Origin: Nitrospiraceae bacterium
Lineage (GTDB): Bacteria > Nitrospirota > Nitrospiria > Nitrospirales > Nitrospiraceae
Length of the DNA: 64,000 nt
Direction: 5' to 3'
Assembly (NCBI GenBank): GCA_041743755.1
Contig: JBGTMB010000152.1
Location: 13,379 to 77,378 of the forward strand
Part shown: one piece after another, positions 1-9,533 of the stretch
Numbering within the stretch: position 1 is the stretch's first letter
Layout of the letters: every line of letters starts with the position of its first letter
Program-made: the position numbers and the translations under genes
Notes under the pieces: generated by a model
What the model was told of the DNA's origin: nothing
The model's input: the letters and a program-made list of their open reading frames with translations, nothing else
Databases searched by the model: none

Positions 1-1254
1 GCGTGCCCCACCAGGATCAAGCCTGTCACCGATCGATGCCGATCTGGTTCCACCGTGGCACACCACTTGAAACTCATCCAATCGAAGCTGAACATGCTGA
101 TCGCCATCCCCCACCGCATAGGAGTGACCGGACTGAAGCGCCTCGAGAAGACCGGCCGCTGTCCGTTCTTTCACCCAGAACACCGTCACAAGACGATGCA
201 AGTCCTTCCCCGCATCCGTGAATCCATGAAACCCCAGTTCCCCGATCAGCACAGGGGGCGAGCGCTGTTCACTGGCGGGCAATTGGAGCAACCGGTCCCA
301 CAATTCACCTGGCTTCACGCCTGTTCGTCCATCCTGATAGAGCCCCCCAAAACCGGTATACCCCGTCGTCTGTAGCAACGACTCAAGATGGGGCTCCGTC
401 TTAACGGTAACAGTTCCCAACGGGCCAGCAGCATATTCATGAAAGTCTCGCGCTTCTGTCATTGACCAAAAAACAAGCCCACCCTTCGCCCTCACATCGT
501 CGATCAGGGCCTGATAGGGACGATACCCTAACCGATCATCATATGAACTAAACGCAGGCTGGCTTAGTGGCCAGGCATTCGCCACCAGCGCCACCGCGAG
601 AACGATCAGCACACAGGCGATAGCCCGCCGGAGCGATCGCCGATCGGGATCACGCCTGAACGACCTCCACAACCAGACGGCTGGAATAGCCAACAACATC
701 GGCACACCATTCACGGCTCCTCGCCAATCGAATGTGTAGGAGAATGGATTCCCGCTCGCAGGAAGGGATCGGTATTCATCCGGCTTGGTCAGACCGATCA
801 CCAGAAGATTGCGTTGAGCATTATGCATCGTCAACGTTCGATCCAGAATCGAGCCAGTCCAATAGTAATAGGGGGCAACCTCGACCCCGGGTAGGATGAT
901 CAGCTTCGGGTGACGGCTCTGCGCGGCCACGATCTCGTCCAAGTACCGTTCGATTCCATATTCCAACACAGAGGGAAAACTGACGTGTTGTTTTAAAAGA
1001 CCCGGCAACGGCCACAGTCCATACTCATAACGCAGAGAAAAATTGTCGGTCAGAATCAGCGCATCCAGGCCGAGTTCTTCCGCCCGTTCAGCCAACGCTT
1101 CAATAGTCAATTCACCGGTGCTGGCAGAACTATGAACATGTACCGTAGCCAGCACCTGCTGTCGCGCTTCGGATGCCTGTGCTCTCACATCGAAACCTGG
1201 CAAAAATGACGCCATGATCACGAACGACAGTATCCATCGATAGGTACGATTCAT
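1..1254 (-). CDS. PHP-like (HxH motif) membrane-associated protein, partial (C-terminus lies beyond window start)
   Basis: Absent from the ORF track because it runs off the window edge. Manual minus-strand translation from the ATG at 1252-1254 stays open for 418 codons to position 1. The N-terminus MNRTYRWILSFVIMASFLPGFDVRAQA looks like a signal peptide. ATVHVHSSASTGELTIEALAERAEELGLDALILTDN resembles the start of PHP-family phosphoesterases. There is an internal hydrophobic segment, AIACVLIVLAVALVANAW. Confidence 0.6.
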   Translation of the reverse strand, partial: MNRTYRWILSFVIMASFLPGFDVRAQASEARQQVLATVHVHSSASTGELTIEALAERAEELGLDALILTDNFSLRYEYGLWPLPGLLKQHVSFPSVLEYGIERYLDEIVAAQSRHPKLIILPGVEVAPYYYWTGSILDRTLTMHNAQRNLLVIGLTKPDEYRSLPASGNPFSYTFDWRGAVNGVPMLLAIPAVWLWRSFRRDPDRRSLRRAIACVLIVLAVALVANAWPLSQPAFSSYDDRLGYRPYQALIDDVRAKGGLVFWSMTEARDFHEYAAGPLGTVTVKTEPHLESLLQTTGYTGFGGLYQDGRTGVKPGELWDRLLQLPASEQRSPPVLIGELGFHGFTDAGKDLHRLVTVFWVKERTAAGLLEALQSGHSYAVGDGDQHVQLRLDEFQVVCHGGTRSASIGDRLDPGGAR

Positions 1255-1267
1255 CTCTTCCATATTC

Positions 1268-3691
1268 TTACCCGCGAGCACTGAGCGCCTCTGCAAAAAT
1301 TGATTCAATCACGCGAACCATAGAACGCGAACCATATCGGCTGTCTACGCTACGGCTCGCAGCCAGGCCTAATTGCCTAGCCCAATCCGGCCGATCGAGT
1401 AATCGCCGTATGGCATCCGCCAACGCTTCGGCATTACCAGGAGGCACCAGTAAACCAGTGTGCTCGTGGCTGATGACGGCCGGAATGCCCCCGACACGGG
1501 AGGCAATCACCGGCAACCCGGCTGCCATGGCTTCGACCAGCGCACGCCCCATCCCTTCATTGAGCGAAGGCAACACAAACAGATCCATCCCGACCAGACA
1601 GGCTTCGACGTCATCCCTGTGACCCAGGAAATGCACCGCATCGAGGATTCCAGCCAATTCCGCCTGCTGCAGAAGTGCGTCATGCCGATCTCCACTCCCG
1701 ACGATCACGAGATGGAGGGAGGGGAAGTCCTTTTTCAATTTGGAGACAGCTTCGATCAGGTATTTGTGGCCTTTAATATCGGTGAGCCATCCGACCGACC
1801 CGACGATCAACGCATCCGGTGGACAGCCAAACCACTCCGGCTGTTGTTTCCCCTGAGCCCTCGCCAGTCCAAACCGCTCGCGATCGATCCCGCTCGGTAC
1901 CACAGCAAACCGGTCGGCTTTACCGACATGATGATTGAGATGATCCTGTCGTTCCGCGTCCGTCAGCGCAATCAGTCGATCCGTCATCGCACCCAGCACC
2001 CGTTCGATCTGAAGAAACAGCCAGGATCGGGTTGGACCAAAATGTCCGTAAAACACATGGCCGTGCGGCGTGTGGACGATGACTGGGACCTTCGCGATCC
2101 AAGCCGCCACTCGTCCTAACACACCGGCCTTCGATGTATGGGTATGGACCAATGCCGGCCGCTCTTGCCAGAACAGGCGCGTCAATTGCCACAGGGCTTG
2201 CATATCTTTCAGTAGATGAACCTCTCTTGTCAGGGAAGGAAGCAGCATCCAGCGAACATCTGCTTTCTCAAGTCGCCGGCAATTCTCTTCAGTTGCAACC
2301 TGCCCGCCTTGCGCATCCCAACGACCTGGATACCCGGTAACCACCAGCAGCTCGAACTGGGCACGATCATGACCGAGAGCGGTCAGCATCGTGTTCTGTG
2401 CAGACCCGCCATAGTCCAGCCGCGTAATCACATGAATCACCTTCTTCGCTCCGGACGACTCACGTGATAGAGCCGGTCTGTTTTTCGACAAACGCACGAA
2501 TAGTTGATCAAGATCTGCCGTATGCGCTGCCCAATTATATCGCTGCTCCACCACCGCGCGACCTTTCTTTGACAAGCGCTCTCGCTCGCCTGGTTGACTG
2601 CGAAACCGCATTAATATCAGCCGTAATGTTTTTGCGAGAGACGCCGCGTCGGTTCCTTCCGCGACAAACAGCGGATCAACCCTGCTCAACACTTCAGGGA
2701 TCGCACCGACCGGCGTCCCCATCACCGGCGTACCGCAGGCTAACGCCTCGACCGTCACCAAGCCGAACCCTTCGAGTCGTAGCGTTGGCATCACGACTAA
2801 ATCGGAAGCCTGGTAGTACTTCGCCAATTGATCCTCCGGCACAAATCCGAGCAACCTGACTGCATCGTGTAATCCCTTGCTGGAAATGTGTTCTTCTAAT
2901 CGCGAGCGTAGTTGGCCATCTCCACCAATGAGAAGGAGAAGGTCTCGCTGCTCGTCTCCAAGCATCGTCATGGCTTCGAGAAGATGCTCTAACCCCATTC
3001 GAGGCACCAGATTGCGAACCGTAAACAAAACCGTACGATTCTCCGGCAATTTGAGTTCCCGTCTGATCTCGTTCCGATCATGCGGCGGGTAGAACATGGC
3101 CGGATCGGCTGCGCCGGGAACCACGGTAATGGACTTCGGAGTGATGCCGTGCGTGGCTATAACTTGCTGCTTCATGAATTCGCTCAAGACGATCACATGA
3201 TGACAGCGGCGGAGCACCATGCGTTCAATCCAGCGCCGGGCGCGCACGCTCAGCCGCCGTCTGGCCCGTTCATGCGTTGTCGCAGCCCGCTCTGCTCTGG
3301 TGAGATATTCCTCGTGCGCGAATGAATGACAGACATAGACCCAGCGATTGACCTTCCCGTAGCGGAACAGAATCGGGCCAAGACCGGCCAGTGATTGATG
3401 AATCATAGCGACATCGACCGACGAACCCTGCATCGTGAGATCAAATGCCCGAAGAGAATTTTGCACTGAAGACCAGACAAAGGCCGGCTCGCTGGTTCGT
3501 TTGACGGAATACCGCCGTTCCCTCACACTTCCGATCGATAGGTCGGCCTCTGCAGACTCAAAGGGAGCCCGCGCGACCACGCGCACATGATGGCCTAGCT
3601 TGGCGAGCCCCAACGCTTGTTGCCGGAGCACTCGCTCAGCGCCACCGATAACCTGTTCGACCGTGACTTCTGCGAGCAAGACAACGTTCAT
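1268..3691 (-). CDS. Two-module glycosyltransferase (tandem GT-B / GT4-like domains fused)
   Basis: From the ORF 1268..3823. The likely start is the internal ATG at 3691 (MNVVLLAEV...), which forms an ATGA overlap with the asnB-like stop at 3688. Each half carries a GT4-type C-terminal motif: EGFGLVTVEALACGTPVMGTPVGAIPEV and NEGMGRALVEAMAAGLPVIASRVGGIPAVI. Confidence 0.8.
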   Translation of the reverse strand: MNVVLLAEVTVEQVIGGAERVLRQQALGLAKLGHHVRVVARAPFESAEADLSIGSVRERRYSVKRTSEPAFVWSSVQNSLRAFDLTMQGSSVDVAMIHQSLAGLGPILFRYGKVNRWVYVCHSFAHEEYLTRAERAATTHERARRRLSVRARRWIERMVLRRCHHVIVLSEFMKQQVIATHGITPKSITVVPGAADPAMFYPPHDRNEIRRELKLPENRTVLFTVRNLVPRMGLEHLLEAMTMLGDEQRDLLLLIGGDGQLRSRLEEHISSKGLHDAVRLLGFVPEDQLAKYYQASDLVVMPTLRLEGFGLVTVEALACGTPVMGTPVGAIPEVLSRVDPLFVAEGTDAASLAKTLRLILMRFRSQPGERERLSKKGRAVVEQRYNWAAHTADLDQLFVRLSKNRPALSRESSGAKKVIHVITRLDYGGSAQNTMLTALGHDRAQFELLVVTGYPGRWDAQGGQVATEENCRRLEKADVRWMLLPSLTREVHLLKDMQALWQLTRLFWQERPALVHTHTSKAGVLGRVAAWIAKVPVIVHTPHGHVFYGHFGPTRSWLFLQIERVLGAMTDRLIALTDAERQDHLNHHVGKADRFAVVPSGIDRERFGLARAQGKQQPEWFGCPPDALIVGSVGWLTDIKGHKYLIEAVSKLKKDFPSLHLVIVGSGDRHDALLQQAELAGILDAVHFLGHRDDVEACLVGMDLFVLPSLNEGMGRALVEAMAAGLPVIASRVGGIPAVISHEHTGLLVPPGNAEALADAIRRLLDRPDWARQLGLAASRSVDSRYGSRSMVRVIESIFAEALSARG

Positions 3692-5622
3692 GCCGCGCCT
3701 ACTCTCATTGGATAGGAGGAAACAGACTGTGCTATCTGCCCATGCCACAATTCCAACACCATGAGCGCATAGAGCTGATCCGTAAAGTTCCGCCGCCCGC
3801 TGTGATGCTCTGCAAGCAGCCACTGCACGTAGGCAGGATTGACGTAACCTCGACGGCGTATGGTCTCATCAGAAAGCAAATCACGACTCATCTCGCGCAG
3901 GTCTTCTCTCAGCCATCGTGTGAGCGGCAGCATGAAACCGCGCTTCTTGGCTGCGACAATGCTTTCAGGCAACATGCCTTGCAGCGAAGACCGCATAAAT
4001 CCTTTTAACTTCCATCCATGAAACTTTGTCGAAGCAGACAACGAACAGGCAAAGGCCAACAGACGGTGATCGCAGAAAGGGACACGCAGTTCAAGCGAAT
4101 GGACCATGCTCATCCGATCGCCCATCCGCAATAAATCGTCCGGCAAATAGGTCTGTAAATCAACACCCATTGCACGATCAGATGGGTCGCAAGAGGGCCA
4201 TTCTTGAAAGAAGTCTCGGACACGGTGAAGGGAAACATTATCGGCCACAGCAGCCCGGAGTGCCTCGGCATACACCGGCGCATCCCATCCTGCCGGTTGA
4301 AATGTCGTCCAGCGGAGGTATTGCTCACCTAACGGACGATGGCCGTCCAGGAGAAATCGTTTGATGCGGCCACGAACCTCATGGCCTCCTGCGCCATCCG
4401 ACAGACCGGACACAGCGCGAGATGCAATCCATGAACGCATCCCCACAGGAAGCGATGCATAGCGAGCCGCAGCCCGTAGCCCAAGATAGCGAGGATAGCC
4501 GCCGAAGAGTTCATCGCCGCCGATGCCGGATAGCGCAACCGTCACAGACCGTCTGGCCACCTCAGATACCAGATACGTAGGAATGGCCGAAGAGTCTGCA
4601 AACGGTTCTCCCATCCCAGCTACCACGCGAGGAAGCAGCGAGACCACATCGGGTCGCAGCACGGCTTCTGTATGGTCCGTCCCGAAGTGTGTCGCGAGGA
4701 GCCGGGCGGCTTTGAGCTCATTGTATGATTGGTCTTCCGGCGCCTCGTACCCGATGGAAAACGTTTTGATTGACCCAGGAATCACCTCGCGCATGCAAGC
4801 CAAGATCGACGCAGAGTCCAACCCACCGGACAGGAACAAGCCAAGCGGCACGTCACTGAGTAGATGCGCCTGCACGGAATCACGCAACATGCTCAGAAAG
4901 CGCGCTCGTTGGTCGCCCAGCGGAGGCGCAACCTGATTACCCAGCGCCTCCGCAGGACGATAATAGCGCCAAAACTCCAAACGACCCCGCACAATCTTAA
5001 GCGCCTCCCCAGGTTGAAGCTGATGAACACCTTCAACGATCGATTCGGGGCCAGGCACATAGAGTAGCGATAGGAAGTCAGCGATGGCCTGTGGACGAAT
5101 AGTCCAATTCGGCAGTCCTTCTAGCAATGACGGAAGTTCTGAAGAAAAGACCACACGCTGATCAGCACCCACGTTGCCGGGTAGAGCAGCGTAGTAGAGA
5201 GGTTTGATCCCCAAGCGATCGCGAACCAGCAACACGAGATCCCGCTCTCGGTCCCATATGGCGTAGGCAAACATTCCACGCAACCGGTAAACCGCTTCCG
5301 GCCCCTCCTCTTCGTACAAATGCACCAGAATTTCAGTATCGCAATGGGACTGGAAGCGATGGCCTTTCTTGATCAGCTCTGCGCGAAGTTCACGATAGTT
5401 GTAGATCTCTCCATTCATCACTGCCCAGATAGTGCCAGTCTCGTTTCGAACCGGTTGATGCCCGCCGGCAGGATCAATCACACGCAATCGCCGCACTCCA
5501 AAGGCCATACCTACGTCGTGATGAGTGCCTTCCTCGTCCGGCCCTCGATGGACAAGCCGATCGAGCATCCGGTCAAGGAGAACCGGATCGTTATCCCCCA
5601 CGAGGCCGCAAATACCACACAT
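3688..5622 (-). CDS. asnB: Asparagine synthase (glutamine-hydrolysing) family amidotransferase, polysaccharide-locus type
   Basis: 644 aa. It has the N-terminal MCGICG Ntn-Cys nucleophile and the LSGGLDSA PP-loop, typical AsnB architecture. It is embedded in a glycan locus. Confidence 0.9.
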   Translation of the reverse strand: MCGICGLVGDNDPVLLDRMLDRLVHRGPDEEGTHHDVGMAFGVRRLRVIDPAGGHQPVRNETGTIWAVMNGEIYNYRELRAELIKKGHRFQSHCDTEILVHLYEEEGPEAVYRLRGMFAYAIWDRERDLVLLVRDRLGIKPLYYAALPGNVGADQRVVFSSELPSLLEGLPNWTIRPQAIADFLSLLYVPGPESIVEGVHQLQPGEALKIVRGRLEFWRYYRPAEALGNQVAPPLGDQRARFLSMLRDSVQAHLLSDVPLGLFLSGGLDSASILACMREVIPGSIKTFSIGYEAPEDQSYNELKAARLLATHFGTDHTEAVLRPDVVSLLPRVVAGMGEPFADSSAIPTYLVSEVARRSVTVALSGIGGDELFGGYPRYLGLRAAARYASLPVGMRSWIASRAVSGLSDGAGGHEVRGRIKRFLLDGHRPLGEQYLRWTTFQPAGWDAPVYAEALRAAVADNVSLHRVRDFFQEWPSCDPSDRAMGVDLQTYLPDDLLRMGDRMSMVHSLELRVPFCDHRLLAFACSLSASTKFHGWKLKGFMRSSLQGMLPESIVAAKKRGFMLPLTRWLREDLREMSRDLLSDETIRRRGYVNPAYVQWLLAEHHSGRRNFTDQLYALMVLELWHGQIAQSVSSYPMRVGAA

Positions 5623-5647
5623 GAAATAGCCACTCCAAAAGAACGTA

Positions 5648-5899
5648 CTACCGGCTCTTCTCTATCAAGACTCGCTCTCGTCGTTCATACTCCTCCCGCT
5701 CCTTCTGATGACGGGGCGACACCTCCTGCGGCGGCACATCGACCGGCTCATACCGGATATGTTTGGCAGATCCCACTGACGTAAATAATGACCGCACTCC
5801 AAACGTGGCTACTGCGGCAAGCAGGCAGAGCACAACGACCATGCCCAAAAATCTGATTGCACGCCGCCCACGGAGAGTGAACCAATGGGATCGACTCAT
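5648..5899 (-). CDS. Small single-pass membrane protein, unknown function
   Basis: 83 aa with a hydrophobic stretch, FLGMVVVLCLLAAVATFGV. Its start forms an ATGA overlap (5896-5899) with the upstream methyltransferase stop, suggesting translational coupling. Confidence 0.5.
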   Translation of the reverse strand: MSRSHWFTLRGRRAIRFLGMVVVLCLLAAVATFGVRSLFTSVGSAKHIRYEPVDVPPQEVSPRHQKEREEYERRERVLIEKSR

Positions 5900-6786
5900 G
5901 GCGATCCCTCGCTCCGTTGAGCAATAAGCTCAAATGAAGGGGCCCACACCGTGCGCCCACCTGTCACCTTATAAAGCACCTCCGCGTAGGACCAGAAGGC
6001 CTTCGCACCAATCTGCCATTTGAGTCGACTCATCCACGGGTTCACAGACGTAAGAGGCCCTCGACTTGGAACCGAGTTATAGATCGCGATGGTATCCAGT
6101 CCGACTCCCCTCAGCAGCCAACGGAGCGCTTGAGGCGAATACAGAAAGAGATGGAACGCTTGATCATAGCGAGATCCCACCCATCGGGTTGGCACTCGCA
6201 TCGGGAGATGAAACGCCCCGTTGGTTGCTCTGATGACGACAAGACCCGATGGCGTCAATGCGCTTGCGACCTGCCGTAAGAGGCTCACCGGATTTGTCAC
6301 CGTTTCGAGTACGTTCACAAGGGTGATCACGTCGAATGGTTCGTAATCGACAGATCGCTCCAAGCAATCAGCTGGAAGCACCGTCAGCTGACGACGAGCC
6401 GCGCGCGCAGCTGCTTTCCTCGACAATTCCAGGCCATAGCATGTCCATCCTGCCGACTGGCAGAGCGACAAAAATGCGCCGTCGCCACAGCCGACATCAA
6501 GCAGCCGACCGGGAGGTTGCCGGTACAGGCCAAGACGTCGCACGACACTCTCAAACACCGGGTGGCGATCTGGCGACGCCTCGGCCTCGCCATAGGCCTC
6601 GTCGTAGTCCTCCCGGTAAAACTGCTCGACCATGGTCCCCAACGGGCGAGGATTCAGAAACACAAGCTCACAGTCAGGGCAACGCACATACCGCCTGGTC
6701 GGAGTCTGAAACACATCGACCGGCATTGCCTGACTGCCACACGGACAAACAATCTGTTCTGTCTCTGGCATGTCTACCTGCTTCAC
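5896..6786 (-). CDS. Class I SAM-dependent methyltransferase with N-terminal 4-Cys zinc ribbon
   Basis: 296 aa. SAM motif I is LLDVGCGDGAF. The N-terminal CPCG...CPDC arrangement looks like a zinc ribbon. Confidence 0.8.
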   Translation of the reverse strand: MKQVDMPETEQIVCPCGSQAMPVDVFQTPTRRYVRCPDCELVFLNPRPLGTMVEQFYREDYDEAYGEAEASPDRHPVFESVVRRLGLYRQPPGRLLDVGCGDGAFLSLCQSAGWTCYGLELSRKAAARAARRQLTVLPADCLERSVDYEPFDVITLVNVLETVTNPVSLLRQVASALTPSGLVVIRATNGAFHLPMRVPTRWVGSRYDQAFHLFLYSPQALRWLLRGVGLDTIAIYNSVPSRGPLTSVNPWMSRLKWQIGAKAFWSYAEVLYKVTGGRTVWAPSFELIAQRSEGSP

Positions 6787-7946
6787 GCTGCCATCCGTTT
6801 CTCAATGGGTACCCGAATGCCCGCGTCGTGTAACGCCGCATCAAAGATCGCCGTCGTATTCCCAACCATACGGTCCACCGTAAACCGCTCTCGAACCAGA
6901 GCTCGCCCTTCTGCCCCCATCCTCAAGGCTGCGATTGGATCACTCAGCACTTCTCGAATAGCCACCATCAGCGCATGAGGATCTCGCGCCGGCACGAGGA
7001 ATCCAGTTTTGTGGTCTTCAATCAACTCTGGGATCCCGTTGACCCGTGACGCGACCACAGGACAGCCCATAGCCAATGCCTCTAACAACACAAACGGAAA
7101 CCCTTCGGACAGTGACGGCAGCACGACGACATCCGCAGCAGCCAGAATGTCGGCAATGTCCTCACGGACCCCTAGAAAGCAACAGGACCGTTCGACAGCA
7201 AGTTTAACTGCCAGGCGCTGCAGGTGCTCACGAAGCTCACCATCTCCCACAAACACACAAAACAGGTTCGGCCATGACTTGATCAAGTTTGGAAGCGCCT
7301 GTAGCAAAAAACAATGCCCCTTTGCTTCAGCCAACCGGGCAATCATGACCAATACCGGTCCCGATACAATGCCAAGCTCCTCCCTGACTTTCTGACGATT
7401 CGACTGCGAAGGAAAAGCTGACGGATCTACACCGTTATAAACCGTCTGAATCCGTGCTGCGGCAGCCGGGGATTCCTCTACCAGATCGCGACGATTGGAG
7501 TCCGAGACACAGATGATCCGATGAGCAAGCGGGAGCGTCAGACGTAGTGCCGTGATATAGAACCATCGTGTCAGTGAACAGACCTCGTAGTCTTTCAGTG
7601 AATTATGGACTGTCGAGATAATGACCGGGACCCCAGCCAGACGTCCCGCAATGCGTCCATAAAAGTTCGCCCTGGCACCGTGCGTTTGGAGAATCGTCAC
7701 TCGTTCCCGCCGAAGCAAACGGGTCAATCGCCAGAGCGCAACGGGGTTGAACAGCGGCGCCAAGTGGACGAGGTGTGTCTCCACTCCGCGCTCTTTCATA
7801 CGCCCTACGAACGGACCAGGCTCAGGGCAGATCAGCATCGCGCGATATTGCGTACGGTCGAGACGGTCAAAGAGCAGTTCCAAATACCGTTCACCGCCTC
7901 CATAGGCCGAAGACCCGGCCAGTTCTGCAAGGACGACCGGTGTCAT
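6783..7946 (-). CDS. Glycosyltransferase family 4
   Basis: From the ORF 6783..8015. The preferred start is the ATG at 7946 (MTPVVLAEL...), which gives an ATGA overlap with the upstream stop at 7943. GT4 motifs are present: GGGERY near the N-terminus and SEGFPFVLLEALAMGCPVVASRVNGIPE. Confidence 0.85.
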   Translation of the reverse strand: MTPVVLAELAGSSAYGGGERYLELLFDRLDRTQYRAMLICPEPGPFVGRMKERGVETHLVHLAPLFNPVALWRLTRLLRRERVTILQTHGARANFYGRIAGRLAGVPVIISTVHNSLKDYEVCSLTRWFYITALRLTLPLAHRIICVSDSNRRDLVEESPAAAARIQTVYNGVDPSAFPSQSNRQKVREELGIVSGPVLVMIARLAEAKGHCFLLQALPNLIKSWPNLFCVFVGDGELREHLQRLAVKLAVERSCCFLGVREDIADILAAADVVVLPSLSEGFPFVLLEALAMGCPVVASRVNGIPELIEDHKTGFLVPARDPHALMVAIREVLSDPIAALRMGAEGRALVRERFTVDRMVGNTTAIFDAALHDAGIRVPIEKRMAA

Positions 7947-8785
7947 GGTTTTCTCCCGAGAATCAATAAGCTCCCGCGCAAGTGTGGAATAAGATAGAAC
8001 GGCACCTTGGCCCAATCGATCACGCTCTGCCGAGCAGTCTGTTGACAGTCTTGGGTGTCCTCGCCCAGAAAAAACCGCGACTGTGCGATCTCAAACCCAA
8101 CATGGCATAGCATCTCTGCTAGCTCGTGCATCGCATATTCACGTGCGTGAGGACGCCATTCATCGTTGGGATCATTATATCCTGGAGGGGCTAGCCGATC
8201 ATTGGGCGATCGACCAATCAACAGCTTGAAGATATTGCCGATGCGAGTGACATTGGGCGTCGTGATTACAAGATGGCCGCCGGACTTCAAAATTCTGTAG
8301 GCCTCTGACATTAAATGAAATGGGGAGGTGAGGTGCTCAACGATCTCCAACGCAAACACGAGTTCCACGGAATGGTCGGATAACGGCACTGTGTCCCGAT
8401 ACCCTTTGGAAGCAAATTGTTGCCCGGCTGGGTCGAGGTTGACGGTGAGAATCTCGACATCGGCATCCTGTTTCATGAACTGCACGAACTCGGGACTGGC
8501 CATCAGGCCAGCACCGAACAGACGCGCCGCTTTCGTCGGCTGGAGCCCACGCGAGAGACGTAACAGACTGCCCGGGAAGGGACCAAAATCCACGATCGTC
8601 TGGGGTCCATCGGGCAATCGCTGCAATCCGCTTCGAAGCGCCACATGGAGACGATCTCGACATTTCAAGGCATGATTCATCGGCGTGGTGAAGCGTGAAT
8701 CTTGCGCTCCAAACGTCTCATACTGAGAAGGTCGGTAGGCGCGGATGAGTCGATTGAATTCGTGCCTGGTCAGTTGGTATGCCAC
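7943..8785 (-). CDS. SAM-dependent methyltransferase (type 11-like)
   Basis: 280 aa. It contains IVDFGPFPGS (a degenerate motif I) and ALEIVEHLTSP...GGHLVITTPN, typical of the class I methyltransferase fold. Confidence 0.7.
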   Translation of the reverse strand: MAYQLTRHEFNRLIRAYRPSQYETFGAQDSRFTTPMNHALKCRDRLHVALRSGLQRLPDGPQTIVDFGPFPGSLLRLSRGLQPTKAARLFGAGLMASPEFVQFMKQDADVEILTVNLDPAGQQFASKGYRDTVPLSDHSVELVFALEIVEHLTSPFHLMSEAYRILKSGGHLVITTPNVTRIGNIFKLLIGRSPNDRLAPPGYNDPNDEWRPHAREYAMHELAEMLCHVGFEIAQSRFFLGEDTQDCQQTARQSVIDWAKVPFYLIPHLRGSLLILGRKP

Positions 8786-8789
8786 GACC

Positions 8790-9452
8790 TCACGGTTTCC
8801 TTCCTACAATCAGCAGCGTATCACTGAGCAATGTAAAGTGGAGCTGACTAAGTCGATTGAATCGTTGGCGCAGGCCTGTAAGCTGCACGACCTGTAAACC
8901 AGCTTTCCGTATGAGCTGCGCGAGGAGAGATGCGCTGAACGAATGGAGGTGGCGAGAATCGGCAGTCACGGAAGGCACCTGACCGCTCAATGCTTGGACA
9001 CGGAACCGCCAAAACGCGACGTTCGGAACGGTCAGCAAGATATGGCCGCCATGCCTGAGAACACGAGTAAATTCCTCCAGGACACGATCCGGCATGATCA
9101 AATGCTCGATCACTTCGCTCGCAATGACCAGATCGAAACTCTCGTCTGGTTCCGGCAAGACTTCACAATTGAGGTCGACACAGTACTGCCGATCGAGTCC
9201 TTCACTTCGAGTGAGAGCCGCGGTAGACACATCACAACCATGAATGACGACATCGAGACCCTTCGCTCGGATGGCCCTTGCCAGTCGACCGTCTCCGAAC
9301 CCTACATCCAAGATCTTTCTCGCACCTAGCAGGTGGACCACCCTGCTGATCTGATCGTACCGGCGTACACCGGCAAACGCCGTTGCCTCGGCTTTCCACC
9401 CATTCCATTCATCATCGTACTGTTCGCGTTGGTCGACGCTGATCCGATTCAT
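8790..9452 (-). CDS. Class I SAM-dependent methyltransferase
   Basis: 220 aa with ILDVGFGDGRL (motif I) and ASEVIEHL...GGHILLTVPN. Confidence 0.8.
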   Translation of the reverse strand: MNRISVDQREQYDDEWNGWKAEATAFAGVRRYDQISRVVHLLGARKILDVGFGDGRLARAIRAKGLDVVIHGCDVSTAALTRSEGLDRQYCVDLNCEVLPEPDESFDLVIASEVIEHLIMPDRVLEEFTRVLRHGGHILLTVPNVAFWRFRVQALSGQVPSVTADSRHLHSFSASLLAQLIRKAGLQVVQLTGLRQRFNRLSQLHFTLLSDTLLIVGRKP

Positions 9453-9533
9453 TGACCGCCCACACCTTTCTTCAGACCGAACACAAACACACCGATTCCG
9501 CTACACTGGATTACGGCCTTTCCCAGATACCAC

